Positions 1 to 9,430 are shown, numbered from the stretch's first letter. The stretch is DNA of 64,000 nucleotides from Clostridiaceae bacterium (GCA_012523135.1 JAAYJD010000106.1:6328-70327); one strand, 5' to 3'. Program-made: numbers and translations. Notes: a model not told the origin generated them from the sequence alone.

Positions 1-566
1 TGCAATCCGGCATCCCCCTGCTGGGGCCGGATGAAAAAATGCTCCTGATGACCGCCCTGATTTCCGATACCGGCGGTTTTGTCTATTCCAACACATCCGC
101 GCGCAGCTTCACGATCGCGGCCGACCTGATCCATCGCGAGATGGACCTGCGCCAAATCACCTATCGCCTGTTCCACCAGTCGAGCCTTGCCCGGCTGCGT
201 CTCAAAGGCTATTTCTGCAGCCAGGCCCGCTTCAGTTTTGACGACCGCATCGTGTCCGCCGCGGTCGATCCGGCAACGCTGGATCTTTACCAGGCCACGG
301 ACGATGATCTGGACGGCATGATCAACGAACTGAAAAATGTCGCCGGTGTTGACCTGGCGATGATTCTGCGCCTGCAGGCGGACGGGCAAATCCGGGTCAA
401 CCTGCGCACCAGCACGGCCATCGACGCCTCACAGCTGGCCGCCCTGTTTGGCGGCGGCGGCCATCCGCGCGCCGCCGGCATGACCCTGGAGGGCTGGTCG
501 CTGGTTGAGGCAGAAACCATGCTCCTGCAGAAGGCAGGTGACGCGCTGTCGCATCCTTGCGCCTGA
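1..566 (+). CDS. nrnA: DHH-family phosphoesterase, NrnA-like (oligoribonuclease/pAp phosphatase); C-terminal part, 5' end outside window
   Basis: Frame of track ORF 39..566 stays open back to base 3 (QSGIPLLGPDEK precedes the first Met). Carries 'ISDTGGF' and the DHHA1-type 'GGGGHPRAAG' motif. Lies directly upstream of truB, as is common in Bacillota. Confidence 0.8.
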   Translation, partial: QSGIPLLGPDEKMLLMTALISDTGGFVYSNTSARSFTIAADLIHREMDLRQITYRLFHQSSLARLRLKGYFCSQARFSFDDRIVSAAVDPATLDLYQATDDDLDGMINELKNVAGVDLAMILRLQADGQIRVNLRTSTAIDASQLAALFGGGGHPRAAGMTLEGWSLVEAETMLLQKAGDALSHPCA

Positions 567-1540
567 CATCCGGCGGCATCCTCCTGATCGACAAGCCGCG
601 CGGCTGGACCTCGTTCGATGTCGTGGCCAAGCTGCGCGGTGTTTTGGGCATCCGCAAAATCGGCCACACCGGCACGCTCGATCCCTTTGCCGACGGCCTG
701 CTCGCGGTTTGCTTCGGTCGGGCCACCCGCCTGATCCAGTACATGGAAGCGCATGACAAGACATACCGGGTGACTGTCGCTTTCGGCCGCACGACCGATA
801 CCCTCGATTTGACCGGCCAGACGACGGCCGTCAATCCGCTGACGGAAACCGAGCGCGCCGACTTGCTGGCGAACGGCTTTGCCCCGGTTCAACGGGCTGT
901 GGCGGCTCTGACCGGGATAACCGCCCAGGTGCCGCCGCTGTATTCAGCGGTGAAAGTCAATGGCCGGCCGCTGTACCGATATGCCCGCCAGGGCCGGGAG
1001 GTCGATCGCGATTCCCGCCCGGTACGCATTGACGAAGCCGTCCTGGAGCACGTTGAGCTGCTCGAACACGTGCAGGCTGTCGTCCGCATCAGCTGTTCGA
1101 AAGGCACCTACATCCGCAGCTTATGCGAAACCCTTGGCGAAGCGACCGGCTGGGGCGCGCATGCGCACGCGCTGCGCCGGATCGGAGCCGGACCCTGGCG
1201 TGACAGCCAGGCCCTGGAACCCGGTCAGCTGGCCGAACGTTTGGCCGGCTGCCCTGACTTTTACAGCCGGCTCGCCCGGCTTGAGTCAGAACACCTGCTG
1301 GTATCGCCGGCAGACGCCCTGCCTGACTGGCCGATCCTTGATCTGACATCTGGCCAGGCAGAGGCCCTGGTCAGGGGCCAGCCGGTCCTGATGCCGTCCG
1401 ACCCGGGTGCGCAGCGTTGCCTGCTGGCCTGGAATGGTCTTTTAGCCGCCGTTGCGCGGTGCACAACACAGCAAGCGGATGCCTGGCGCATCCGGACAGA
1501 AAGGGTGTTGATCGATCTTGAGGATCTACACGGGGGATAA
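557..1540 (+). CDS. truB: tRNA pseudouridine(55) synthase TruB
   Basis: 'ILLIDKPRGWTSFDVV' and 'GHTGTLDPFADGLL' (catalytic Asp motif). TTG start overlaps the nrnA stop; start choice is moderately uncertain. Confidence 0.9.
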   Translation: MRLTSGGILLIDKPRGWTSFDVVAKLRGVLGIRKIGHTGTLDPFADGLLAVCFGRATRLIQYMEAHDKTYRVTVAFGRTTDTLDLTGQTTAVNPLTETERADLLANGFAPVQRAVAALTGITAQVPPLYSAVKVNGRPLYRYARQGREVDRDSRPVRIDEAVLEHVELLEHVQAVVRISCSKGTYIRSLCETLGEATGWGAHAHALRRIGAGPWRDSQALEPGQLAERLAGCPDFYSRLARLESEHLLVSPADALPDWPILDLTSGQAEALVRGQPVLMPSDPGAQRCLLAWNGLLAAVARCTTQQADAWRIRTERVLIDLEDLHGG

Positions 1541-3743
1541 GGATTCGCTGCCGGCTGCCCGCCGCGGTCTGGCCCTGGGCTTTTTTGACGGCCTGCACCG
1601 CGGCCACGCGGAACTGGTGCATACGTTGCTCAGCTTGTGCGGGCTGCGCGGTTTGACAAGTGCCGTCTTCACCTTTGCCAACCATCCCGAACATGTGTTG
1701 AAGCCCGACAAGCCGTTCGCCTATCTGGGCACAGCCGAGGAACGGCTGGCCTTGCTCGATGAGATGGGCCTCGACGAAGCGCACCTGGCCGATTTCACGC
1801 CAGAACTGGCGGCCTTAAGCGCCGGTACGTTTCTGGAAGAGCTGATCGCCGGCCGTTTTCTGGCCCAACTGCTGGTTGTCGGCCCTGACTACCGGTTTGG
1901 CGCCCGGGGCGAAGGCGATGTCGCGCTGCTCAGAACCTGGACCGCAAAGCGGGGCATCGAGCTCGTGGTCGTCGACGAAGTGGTTATGGGAGCAGGCAAA
2001 ATATCCAGCTCACGGATCCGCAGCCTGATCCAGGCCGGAGAGGTCGACCAGGCAGCCACGCTGCTGGGCCGTCCCTACAGCCTGGGCGGTATCGTCCTTT
2101 CCGGACGGCGTTTGGGGCGGACCCTGGGCTTTCCGACCGCGAATCTCCCCCTGCCGCCGGGTAAGGTTTGTCCCGCCCTGGGTGTTTACGCGACGCGCGT
2201 TCTGGCGCTCGGTCAGACCTGGGAGGCCATCACCAGCATCGGGCTCAGGCCCACCGTCAGCCCGGACGAAACGACGCCTGTCATCGAGACCCATATCTTC
2301 GATGCGGATCTGCACCTTTACGGCGAGACGATCACGATCGAGCTGCTGGCTTTCATCCGGCCCGAACAGCGCTTCGACTCCCTGGCGGCGCTGAGCGAAC
2401 AAATCAAAGCCGACCTGGAACAGGTCCGGGGCTGGCACCGCGGCTCCGAGCAATGCTACGAGAAGACCCGCAGCGGCGGCGTGCCGCTGTTTTTGCTCAG
2501 CAGCCGCCGTTTTGCCCAGGCCAGCCTGCACCTTGTTTTCCAGACCCAGGCAACCCCCCGGCAGCTGGCCTGCAACGCGCTTCTGGTCGAGGTGCTGACC
2601 GCGACCTGCCGTACCTATCCCGACCGCACCCGGCTGGCCCTGGCGCTGGACACCCTCTACGGCGCGTCGCTGGAAGGGCACGCGGGCAAAAGCGGCGATA
2701 TCCAGACCCTGGTCTTTTCCGTGGATGCGCTGGCGCGCTGGACCGATGGCTCCTCGCCATTCCAGGCAGCCTGCGACCTGCTTTTTGCCGCTCTGCTTGA
2801 GCCTGACCTGGACGCGGACGACGGGTTGTTCCGGACGTCGATCGTGGAAAGTGAGCGCACCAACCTCCTGCTCAGCCTGCAGGCGCGCGCCAACGACCGG
2901 CTCAAGTGGACCTATGACCGCTGCCTGGAGCAATTCTGCGGCGGCCAGGTCCATGGCCTGCCCGCAATTGGCCGGGCCTGTGACCTGGAGGCCGTCAGCC
3001 GCGAAGACCTGCTGGAGAGCTACCACGATCTGCTGCACAACATGCAGCTTTCTGTGTACCTGGGCGGACCGGTCGACCAGAGCCTGCTCGAACACGTCGC
3101 TGCACTGCTGAAACGCCTGCCGCAGGCCGTTCGCCCCCGGCTGAAGCCCGGGCTGCAGCCGGCGCCCTGCCACAGCGCGGCTCCGGGCCGCGACGTAACC
3201 GTCAAGCCCGTCGAGCAAGCCCGCCTGGTTCTGGCTTATGATGGCCTGCCGGCCTATTTTGCCCACCAGAGCTCCGTGGCGGTCCTGCTCAACAGCATGC
3301 TGGGCGGCGATGTCCATTCACTGCTGTTCGATGTCATTCGCGAGCAGATGGGACTGGCCTACCAGGTTTTCTCGATGAGCCAGCGCTTTTTGTCTGCTTT
3401 GTTCATCCTGGCCGGCGTGGCGCCTGATCAGCTCGAAGCGGCCGAAAAGGCCATCCAGGAGCAAGTGGAGCGCCTGGCCGGCGGCCGGTTCGACGACGCG
3501 CTCATGCAGCGGTCGAAAATGATGCTGACCAGTGCGCTCAAGGCCGCTGGCGACGACATGTCCAGCTTGCTGTCCCGCGAGGTCAGCGGCCGCCTGACCG
3601 GACGGCTGCTGCATGTGCAGGATTCGATCCGCCTGATTGAGGCTGTGACCCGCGAGCAGGTGATCGATTTGGCGTGCCAGCTACGCCTGCGCACGACCGT
3701 CATCCTGACCGGGCAACCGGACCACAAAGCCGAGGAGAACTGA
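1518..3743 (+). CDS. ribF: Bifunctional riboflavin kinase/FMN adenylyltransferase (RibF) fused in-frame to a non-catalytic M16 peptidase-like (YmfF/YfmF-like) module
   Basis: Single 741-codon frame. The N-terminal ~310 aa carry 'GFFDGLHRGH', 'GFPTANL' and 'ETHIFDADLHLYGE...IRPEQRFDS'. The remaining ~430 aa look like an insulinase-family protein lacking HxxEH. No stop codon at the junction (about nt 2420-2470). Confidence 0.75.
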   Translation: MRIYTGDKDSLPAARRGLALGFFDGLHRGHAELVHTLLSLCGLRGLTSAVFTFANHPEHVLKPDKPFAYLGTAEERLALLDEMGLDEAHLADFTPELAALSAGTFLEELIAGRFLAQLLVVGPDYRFGARGEGDVALLRTWTAKRGIELVVVDEVVMGAGKISSSRIRSLIQAGEVDQAATLLGRPYSLGGIVLSGRRLGRTLGFPTANLPLPPGKVCPALGVYATRVLALGQTWEAITSIGLRPTVSPDETTPVIETHIFDADLHLYGETITIELLAFIRPEQRFDSLAALSEQIKADLEQVRGWHRGSEQCYEKTRSGGVPLFLLSSRRFAQASLHLVFQTQATPRQLACNALLVEVLTATCRTYPDRTRLALALDTLYGASLEGHAGKSGDIQTLVFSVDALARWTDGSSPFQAACDLLFAALLEPDLDADDGLFRTSIVESERTNLLLSLQARANDRLKWTYDRCLEQFCGGQVHGLPAIGRACDLEAVSREDLLESYHDLLHNMQLSVYLGGPVDQSLLEHVAALLKRLPQAVRPRLKPGLQPAPCHSAAPGRDVTVKPVEQARLVLAYDGLPAYFAHQSSVAVLLNSMLGGDVHSLLFDVIREQMGLAYQVFSMSQRFLSALFILAGVAPDQLEAAEKAIQEQVERLAGGRFDDALMQRSKMMLTSALKAAGDDMSSLLSREVSGRLTGRLLHVQDSIRLIEAVTREQVIDLACQLRLRTTVILTGQPDHKAEEN

Positions 3744-3748
3744 TACCT

Positions 3749-5080
3749 ATGCAGACCATGCCAGACTTGCCCGCCGGCTACCAGGGCCAGATCCGCCTGG
3801 ACGACCTGACAGGCAAACAGCTCGTGACCATCCGGCATCCGTCCAGCCTGACCTTGCGCATCCTGCCTTATCCGGGCTTCGTGCGCATGTTTGCCGCGGC
3901 GGCTGTGCCGTTCGGCTCCATCCACACCACGTGCCGGCCTGGCGGCCGCGAGATTGTGATCCCCGCCGGCAGCGCCCATTTTCTGGAGCATTGCGTCTTC
4001 AGCCGCGATGACGAGGGCGGGCTGGCCGGTCACCTGGCCGGGCTCGGCGCTTCGGCCAACGCCTACACCACCCATGACCACACCTTGTACTATTTTTCGT
4101 CGAGCGGCCATTTCGGCGAAGCCTTCAGGCTTTGGTTGAACGCCCTGCTCCGGCCCCAGCTCGACGAGAGCCGGGTCGCGGCAGAAAAACCGATCATCCT
4201 GGCCGAACTCAGCCAATACCAGGACGATCCGGACGCGCGCTGCAGCCAGTTGCTGATGGAAGGGCTGTACCACGCCCATCCGGTCCGGACCGACATCGGC
4301 GGAACGGCCGCGTCCGTCACCTCGATCACGGCGCAAGATCTCGGCGAAGCCTTCCGCCTGTTTTACCATCCCGGCCAGCTGCAGCTGACCCTGGCCGGTG
4401 ACTTCGAGCTGGCGATGGTGCTCGATGTTCTGGACAGCTGCCTGAACGGCGTGGCGGGAAAGAGCCCCGGACTCGCGACGCCGGTCTTTCCCGACGAACC
4501 GGCCTTGCCGTGCCGGCAGAGCCTGCAGCTGGAAATGGATGTCTCGGTGCCGCTTTTCATGGTCGGGGTCAAGGATCCTGTCCGCGACGCCCGCACCGCC
4601 CTGGACGGGCTGGAGAAGGCGCGGCGCCAGCGGACGGCCCGGCTGGTCCTCGACACGCTGCTGTCTCCGGTATCCCCGCTGTATGACGCGCTTTACCAGG
4701 ACGGTTTGATCAACGACTCCTTCGGCTGCCATTTTTCCTGGGACACCAGCTACGGCTTTCTAGCCTGCGGCGGCGAGTCCGCAAAGCCTGCCGAGGCGGC
4801 CGCCCGCCTGCGTGAAAGCCTGGCCGAGGCTTGCCGGAAAGGGCTGGACGAGCTGATCTTCGCAGCTCAGAAGCGCGCCGCCGCCGGCGAGATGGTCCAG
4901 GCGCTGGACTCGGTCGAGCACGGCGGCATGGTTCAGGCGCGCGCCAGTCTGCTGCCTGTCGACCTCTTCGATTATCCGTCCATCTATGATAAGATTGATG
5001 CCGTACAAGCGTTAAGCCAGCTGTCGTTTTTGGCCGATCCTCAGGCTTATGTGACAGCTCTCGTGGAACCCCGGAGGTGA
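3749..5080 (+). CDS. M16 (pitrilysin/insulinase) family zinc peptidase, YmfH/YfmH-like
   Basis: Inverted zincin motif 'HFLEH' in 'GSAHFLEHCVFS'. ATG at 3749 is preceded by GAGGAG; the track start 3674 overlaps the upstream ORF and was rejected. Confidence 0.8.
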   Translation: MQTMPDLPAGYQGQIRLDDLTGKQLVTIRHPSSLTLRILPYPGFVRMFAAAAVPFGSIHTTCRPGGREIVIPAGSAHFLEHCVFSRDDEGGLAGHLAGLGASANAYTTHDHTLYYFSSSGHFGEAFRLWLNALLRPQLDESRVAAEKPIILAELSQYQDDPDARCSQLLMEGLYHAHPVRTDIGGTAASVTSITAQDLGEAFRLFYHPGQLQLTLAGDFELAMVLDVLDSCLNGVAGKSPGLATPVFPDEPALPCRQSLQLEMDVSVPLFMVGVKDPVRDARTALDGLEKARRQRTARLVLDTLLSPVSPLYDALYQDGLINDSFGCHFSWDTSYGFLACGGESAKPAEAAARLRESLAEACRKGLDELIFAAQKRAAAGEMVQALDSVEHGGMVQARASLLPVDLFDYPSIYDKIDAVQALSQLSFLADPQAYVTALVEPRR

Positions 5081-5088
5081 AAGCCGCT

Positions 5089-6096
5089 ATGCAGCCTGAT
5101 TTTCTCGTCGATTTTCCCGGCCTTGGCATCCATGACCTGCCCATCAACCGTGTCGCTTTCGAACTGTTCGGCCGCTGGCCGGTCTATTGGTACGGGTTGC
5201 TGATCGCCTTTGCCCTTGTCCTTTGCCTTCTGCTGGCAATGCGGCACTCGCCGAAGTTCTCGCTGACGCCGGACGATATCATGGACACATTCATCGTGAT
5301 CATCCCGCTGATGATCGTGATGGCCCGCCTTTTCTATGTCGTGTTCGAATGGGCCTACTTCTCCCAGGACCTGCGCCGCATTTTCAGTACCCGTGACGGC
5401 GGCCTGGCCTTTTACGGCGGGGTCATCGGCGGCGTGATCGCGATCATCATCATCACGCGTGTCAAGAAAATTTCACTGATCCGCCTGCTTGATTTTTTTG
5501 CGGTCTACGTTCCCCTCGGTCAGGCCATCGGGCGCTGGGGGAATTTTTTCAACCAGGAAGCTTTTGGCACCAACACGACCCTTCCCTGGGGCATGTACAG
5601 CAACCAGACCGATTACTATCTCCAGTATGTCACCCGGGTAACCGGCCTCAACCCGGACTTGCCGGTCCACCCGACCTTCTTTTACGAGTTCGCCGCCAAC
5701 CTGCTGATCTTTTTCTGGTTGCTGCGCGTGCGTAAAAAAAGCACCTTCCCCCTGCAGACGACCTTGTGGTATTTGCTCCTGTACGGGGTCGTCCGCTATT
5801 TTGTCGAGAGCATCCGCACCGATCCGCTGGTGATCGGGGACACAGGCATCCGGATCTCCATGCTGCTGTCCGCCCTGATGGTCATCGTTTCGGTGGTCTT
5901 CCTGTTCGTGCTCAAACGGCGCCAGCAACGCCTGGAACTGACCCGTGCCCTGGCCGGCGATGACGTCGGCGAGGCTGACAACGAGACGGAGGAGGCAGCA
6001 GACGGGGACGCGGAGGACGCGTCGGCTGATTTTGTCGCCATCGAGGACGATCAGCCGTCTGATCCGGAAAAACCCGACAAGCCTGCCGCGCCCTGA
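5089..6096 (+). CDS. lgt: Prolipoprotein diacylglyceryl transferase
   Basis: 'GRWGNFFNQEAFG' Lgt signature and multiple TM helices. ATG 5089 lies 9 nt after GGAGGTG; GTG 5077 is the alternative start. Confidence 0.9.
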   Translation: MQPDFLVDFPGLGIHDLPINRVAFELFGRWPVYWYGLLIAFALVLCLLLAMRHSPKFSLTPDDIMDTFIVIIPLMIVMARLFYVVFEWAYFSQDLRRIFSTRDGGLAFYGGVIGGVIAIIIITRVKKISLIRLLDFFAVYVPLGQAIGRWGNFFNQEAFGTNTTLPWGMYSNQTDYYLQYVTRVTGLNPDLPVHPTFFYEFAANLLIFFWLLRVRKKSTFPLQTTLWYLLLYGVVRYFVESIRTDPLVIGDTGIRISMLLSALMVIVSVVFLFVLKRRQQRLELTRALAGDDVGEADNETEEAADGDAEDASADFVAIEDDQPSDPEKPDKPAAP

Positions 6097-7226
6097 TGGC
6101 CCGGACTGGCTTTGAACAACTGAAAAGGCAGACCTATTTCCGCATCATGGACTACTGGCTGTTCATCCCGGTGCTGCTGCTTGCCATGATCGGGCTGTAT
6201 GTGCTGAGCCATGTGCTGGCGGACGGGTTCGGCGACGCCTATCCGATGAACCTCTACCGGCAGGCCGGCGCCGTGCTGGCCGGCGTGCTCCTGGCCCTGA
6301 TGCTCAGCGTCATCGAGGTGCCGACCATGCGCCTGATCGCCTGGGGCGTCTATGGCGTCAGCCTGCTGCTGCTCGTCTATGTCCTCGTCGACGGCAATAC
6401 CAAGATAGATACGTGGGGGGCCGACAGCTGGCTGGAGCTGCCCCTGATCGGCTCCTTCCAGCCGTCGGAGCTGGCTAAGATCGGCCTGGCCATGGCTTCG
6501 GCCTATGTCTTCGAATGGATGAATATTCCAAACCGGATCTGGAAGGGGATGGCGCTGCTGGCGGTGATGTACGCCGTGCCCCTGCTGCTGATCCTGAAAC
6601 AGCCGGACTTTGGCACGGCGATGGTCATCGTCTTTATGTTTGTCTGCGTGGTTTTCGTTTGGGGGATTCGCTGGCGTTTTGTCCTGCTCGGCCTGTCTGC
6701 CCTGATCGTGGCCGTCCCGCTCGCCTGGTTCTTCTATTTCGACGCCTTTCAGAAAAACCGCATTTTAACGTTCCTCTATCCCGGCCATGACCCGGCCGCG
6801 TCCTACAACCTGATGCAAGCCAGGCGCGCGATCGCCTCCGGCGGTCTGGCCGGCAGCTTGCGCGACGCCCCAGTGCACGTGCCGGTTAAGGAAAGCGATT
6901 TCATCTACACCGCCGTATCGGAGCACATGGGGTTCATCGGCACGACCGCGCTTCTGATTCTGGTCTTTTTCTTTCTGACGCGCGCCTTGTACGTGGCATC
7001 CAAGGTCCACACGCACCGGCTGTCCTCCGCCCTGATCCTGGTCGGCCTGACGGCAGGCATGGCGTTTCACTTTATCGAGAACCTGGGCATGTGCGTCGGC
7101 CTGCTGCCGATCACCGGCATTCCGCTGCCGTTCGTCAGTCTGGGCGGAACCTCCATGATTGTCAATTTTTTCGCCATCGGCGTCATGCTGAGCATCTCCA
7201 TCGACCGTAACCTGAACGCAAAATAA
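6096..7226 (+). CDS. rodA: SEDS-family peptidoglycan glycosyltransferase (RodA/FtsW/SpoVE family; RodA-like because a second SEDS gene sits inside the dcw cluster)
   Basis: Polytopic membrane protein with 'FQPSELAKI', 'QPDFGTA' and 'ITGIPLPFVSLGGTS' family motifs. ATG overlaps the lgt stop (TGATG). Paralog assignment is an inference. Confidence 0.7.
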   Translation: MARTGFEQLKRQTYFRIMDYWLFIPVLLLAMIGLYVLSHVLADGFGDAYPMNLYRQAGAVLAGVLLALMLSVIEVPTMRLIAWGVYGVSLLLLVYVLVDGNTKIDTWGADSWLELPLIGSFQPSELAKIGLAMASAYVFEWMNIPNRIWKGMALLAVMYAVPLLLILKQPDFGTAMVIVFMFVCVVFVWGIRWRFVLLGLSALIVAVPLAWFFYFDAFQKNRILTFLYPGHDPAASYNLMQARRAIASGGLAGSLRDAPVHVPVKESDFIYTAVSEHMGFIGTTALLILVFFFLTRALYVASKVHTHRLSSALILVGLTAGMAFHFIENLGMCVGLLPITGIPLPFVSLGGTSMIVNFFAIGVMLSISIDRNLNAK

Positions 7227-7227
7227 A

Positions 7228-7245
7228 CGGCGGCCAAAGCCGCCG
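7228..7245 (+). terminator. GC-rich hairpin immediately after the SEDS gene stop
   Basis: CGGCGGC-CAAA-GCCGCCG, a perfect 7-bp stem with no U-tract. Confidence 0.35.
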
Positions 7246-7254
7246 ATTGCCTTG

Positions 7255-7293
7255 ACCCGTCCGGTTTTCCACCAGGAACCTGACGGGTTTATT
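7255..7293 (+). terminator. Candidate Rho-independent terminator
   Basis: ACCCGTC(7255-7261)/GACGGGT(7282-7288) plus 4 further inner pairs, followed by TTTATT. Confidence 0.5.
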
Positions 7294-7331
7294 ACGTTTC
7301 TGTGACATAGCGATGTTCAATCAGGGCTTGA

Positions 7332-7360
7332 TTGCATTCTGTTCGGTTTGCGTGTAGAAT
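7332..7360 (+). promoter_or_regulatory. Candidate sigma-A type promoter of the dcw cluster (Pmra)
   Basis: -35 TTGCAT (7332-7337), 17-bp spacer, -10 TAGAAT (7355-7360) with TG just upstream. Lies in the 223-bp gap before mraZ. Confidence 0.45.
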
Positions 7361-7369
7361 GACAATTAA

Positions 7370-7415
7370 GTGGTGAAATGTAGCAAAAAAAGGTTTAACT
7401 GTGGGTAATCGTGGC
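7370..7415 (+). promoter_or_regulatory. GTGG(T/G/C) repeats resembling MraZ boxes downstream of the candidate promoter
   Basis: GTGGT 7370-7374, GTGGG 7401-7405, GTGGC 7411-7415. The last two are spaced exactly 10 bp apart. Confidence 0.3.
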
Positions 7416-7449
7416 GCTGTACAGACGGCGCAGACTGAGAGGTGAGGAC

Positions 7450-7884
7450 ATGGCCCGTTTTACACATACCATCGACGCCAAGGGCCGCGTCTTCGTTCCG
7501 GCCCGGCTGCGCGGCACGATCGGCGCCTCGCTGGTTGTGACGCTCAGCCTCGACGACGGCTATCTGTCCGCCTATTCCCCCGAACAATTCACGCTGATCC
7601 GCGAACAGCTGGGCCAGCTGTCGGGAACCGACCCCCAGGTCAGGCGCCTGAAACGGTTGCTGATCGGCGAAGCCATGACCTGTGAGCTGGACAGCCAGGG
7701 GCGCATCTCAGTCAGTGACGAGCTCTGGTCGCACATCCAGGTTCAGCGCGGCGACGAAATCTGCTTTATCGACATGATCGACAAGCTGGAGATCTGCGCC
7801 AAGACGTTCTACGACGAACAGAAGGAGGATCAGGGCTCGCTGGCCGGCGTCGACCTGACACGTTTCGATGTCAAGGGTCTTTGA
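7450..7884 (+). CDS. mraZ: Transcriptional regulator MraZ
   Basis: 'MARFTHTIDAKGRVFVPARLR' is a typical MraZ N-terminus, with a second DxxGR repeat ('LDSQGRISV'). ATG 7450 follows GAGAGGTGAGGA. Confidence 0.9.
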   Translation: MARFTHTIDAKGRVFVPARLRGTIGASLVVTLSLDDGYLSAYSPEQFTLIREQLGQLSGTDPQVRRLKRLLIGEAMTCELDSQGRISVSDELWSHIQVQRGDEICFIDMIDKLEICAKTFYDEQKEDQGSLAGVDLTRFDVKGL

Positions 7885-8833
7885 GTTCAGCCACCAGCCT
7901 GTGCTGGCCGCGGATGTTCTCCGCCTGCTTCAGGTCCGTCCGGACGGCTGTTACATCGACTGCACACTGGGCGGCGGCGGCCATGCCTCGGCGATCCTGG
8001 ACGGCCTCGGGCCGGCCGGCCTCCTGATCGGCATCGACCGGGACCGCGACGCGCTCGATGCGGCCAGGGCCCGCCTGCTTGACCACCCCAGCCCGGCGCA
8101 GCGCGTTTTGGTCCACGCCAATTTCAGCGAGCTGGCGCCGATCCTGGCCCAGCAGGGGAGACCTGCCGCACAAGGCATCCTGGCCGATCTTGGCGTTTCG
8201 TCATGGCAGCTGGACCGCGCGGAACGCGGCTTCAGCTACAGCGCTGACGGCCCCCTCGATATGCGCATGAACCAGGCTGACACGCTGACTGCCGCCGAGA
8301 TTGTCAACACTTGGCCGGCAGATGCGATCAGCCGCATCCTGAAGGAATACGGCGAGGAGCGCTTTGCCGACCGAATCAGCCAGGCCATGGTCACCCGGCG
8401 CCAGACCCAGCCATTCACGGGCACGGCCGACCTGGCCGCGCTCGTCAGCCGCGTGATGCCGGCTGCGTCGAAACGCGAAGCCCAGCATCCGGCCAGGCGC
8501 ACGTTCCAGGCCCTGCGCATCGCCGTCAACAACGAACTCGGCGCCCTGGAAAACTTGCTGCAGGACGCGCCGGGCCTGCTGGCCGAAGACGGGCGGCTGT
8601 GCGTCATCACCTTTCACTCCCTGGAGGACCGGCTGGTCAAGCAGGCCTTCCGCCTTCTGGAGAACCCCTGCATCTGCCCGCGCGACTTTCCGGTATGCAC
8701 CTGCGGGCGCCGCTCGGCAGGACGGGTCCTGACCCGTCGTCCCGTGATGGCCGGAACGGATGAGCAAAAAATCAACCCGCGCGCCCGAAGCGCCCGGCTG
8801 CGCTGCTTTGAAGCGCACGCGCCGACCGATTGA
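7868..8833 (+). CDS. rsmH: 16S rRNA (cytosine1402-N4)-methyltransferase RsmH (MraW)
   Basis: 'HQPVL', 'DCTLGGGGHA', 'DLGVSSWQLD' and 'SFHSLEDR'-like 'TFHSLEDRLVK' motifs. Position is after mraZ. Confidence 0.9.
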   Translation: MSRVFEFSHQPVLAADVLRLLQVRPDGCYIDCTLGGGGHASAILDGLGPAGLLIGIDRDRDALDAARARLLDHPSPAQRVLVHANFSELAPILAQQGRPAAQGILADLGVSSWQLDRAERGFSYSADGPLDMRMNQADTLTAAEIVNTWPADAISRILKEYGEERFADRISQAMVTRRQTQPFTGTADLAALVSRVMPAASKREAQHPARRTFQALRIAVNNELGALENLLQDAPGLLAEDGRLCVITFHSLEDRLVKQAFRLLENPCICPRDFPVCTCGRRSAGRVLTRRPVMAGTDEQKINPRARSARLRCFEAHAPTD

Positions 8834-8847
8834 ACGGAGGAAAAACC

Positions 8848-9429
8848 ATGCCTGCTTTTGATGGCAATCTGGCCCTGAAACGCATCGTGAAAACCGTCAG
8901 CCGCCCGGCCGCGCGCCCTGCCTGGGAACAGCAGGTGCTGAAAACACGCCGCATACCGGTCAGCGCGACCCCAGATGCCCAGCAGGTCATGCAGCAGCGC
9001 ACGCTCACTGTGCGGCGCGCGCTCGCCCGGCGCCGGCTGCGTCTGCTGGTCACGATGGTCCTCCTGGTCTTGTTTACAGCGGGCGTATTCGGCGCGATGG
9101 TCTATCGCCAGGCGATGATCCTGGAGAAGAATTTTGCCGTTGTGGCCATGGAGCTGGAAATCAAGAAAAACCAGAAGGAAAGCAGCCAGATTCGCGAGGC
9201 GCTGGCACAGCAAACCAATCTGGACGAGATTCGCAAGCAGGCGATCGTCAGGCTGGGTCTGCAGGATCCGGCCCGCAGCCAGCTGGTTTCGGTCCGCGTC
9301 CCGGACACCGACCGGATCGTGTTTGTCCGCGAAACGTCCGGCACGGCGGATGACGCCTACCTGAGCGGCGTCTTCGCCTCGATCGAACAGTATTTCAAGA
9401 CGATCAGCATCGGCAATCAGGGGGACTGA
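8848..9429 (+). CDS. ftsL: FtsL-like cell-division protein (single TM plus coiled coil)
   Basis: Sits between rsmH and the bPBP. One TM helix ('LRLLVTMVLLVLFTAGVFGAMVY') is followed by a heptad-rich segment. ATG 8848 follows GGAGG. No strong sequence motif, so the call rests mainly on context. Confidence 0.65.
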   Translation: MPAFDGNLALKRIVKTVSRPAARPAWEQQVLKTRRIPVSATPDAQQVMQQRTLTVRRALARRRLRLLVTMVLLVLFTAGVFGAMVYRQAMILEKNFAVVAMELEIKKNQKESSQIREALAQQTNLDEIRKQAIVRLGLQDPARSQLVSVRVPDTDRIVFVRETSGTADDAYLSGVFASIEQYFKTISIGNQGD

Positions 9430-9430
9430 C

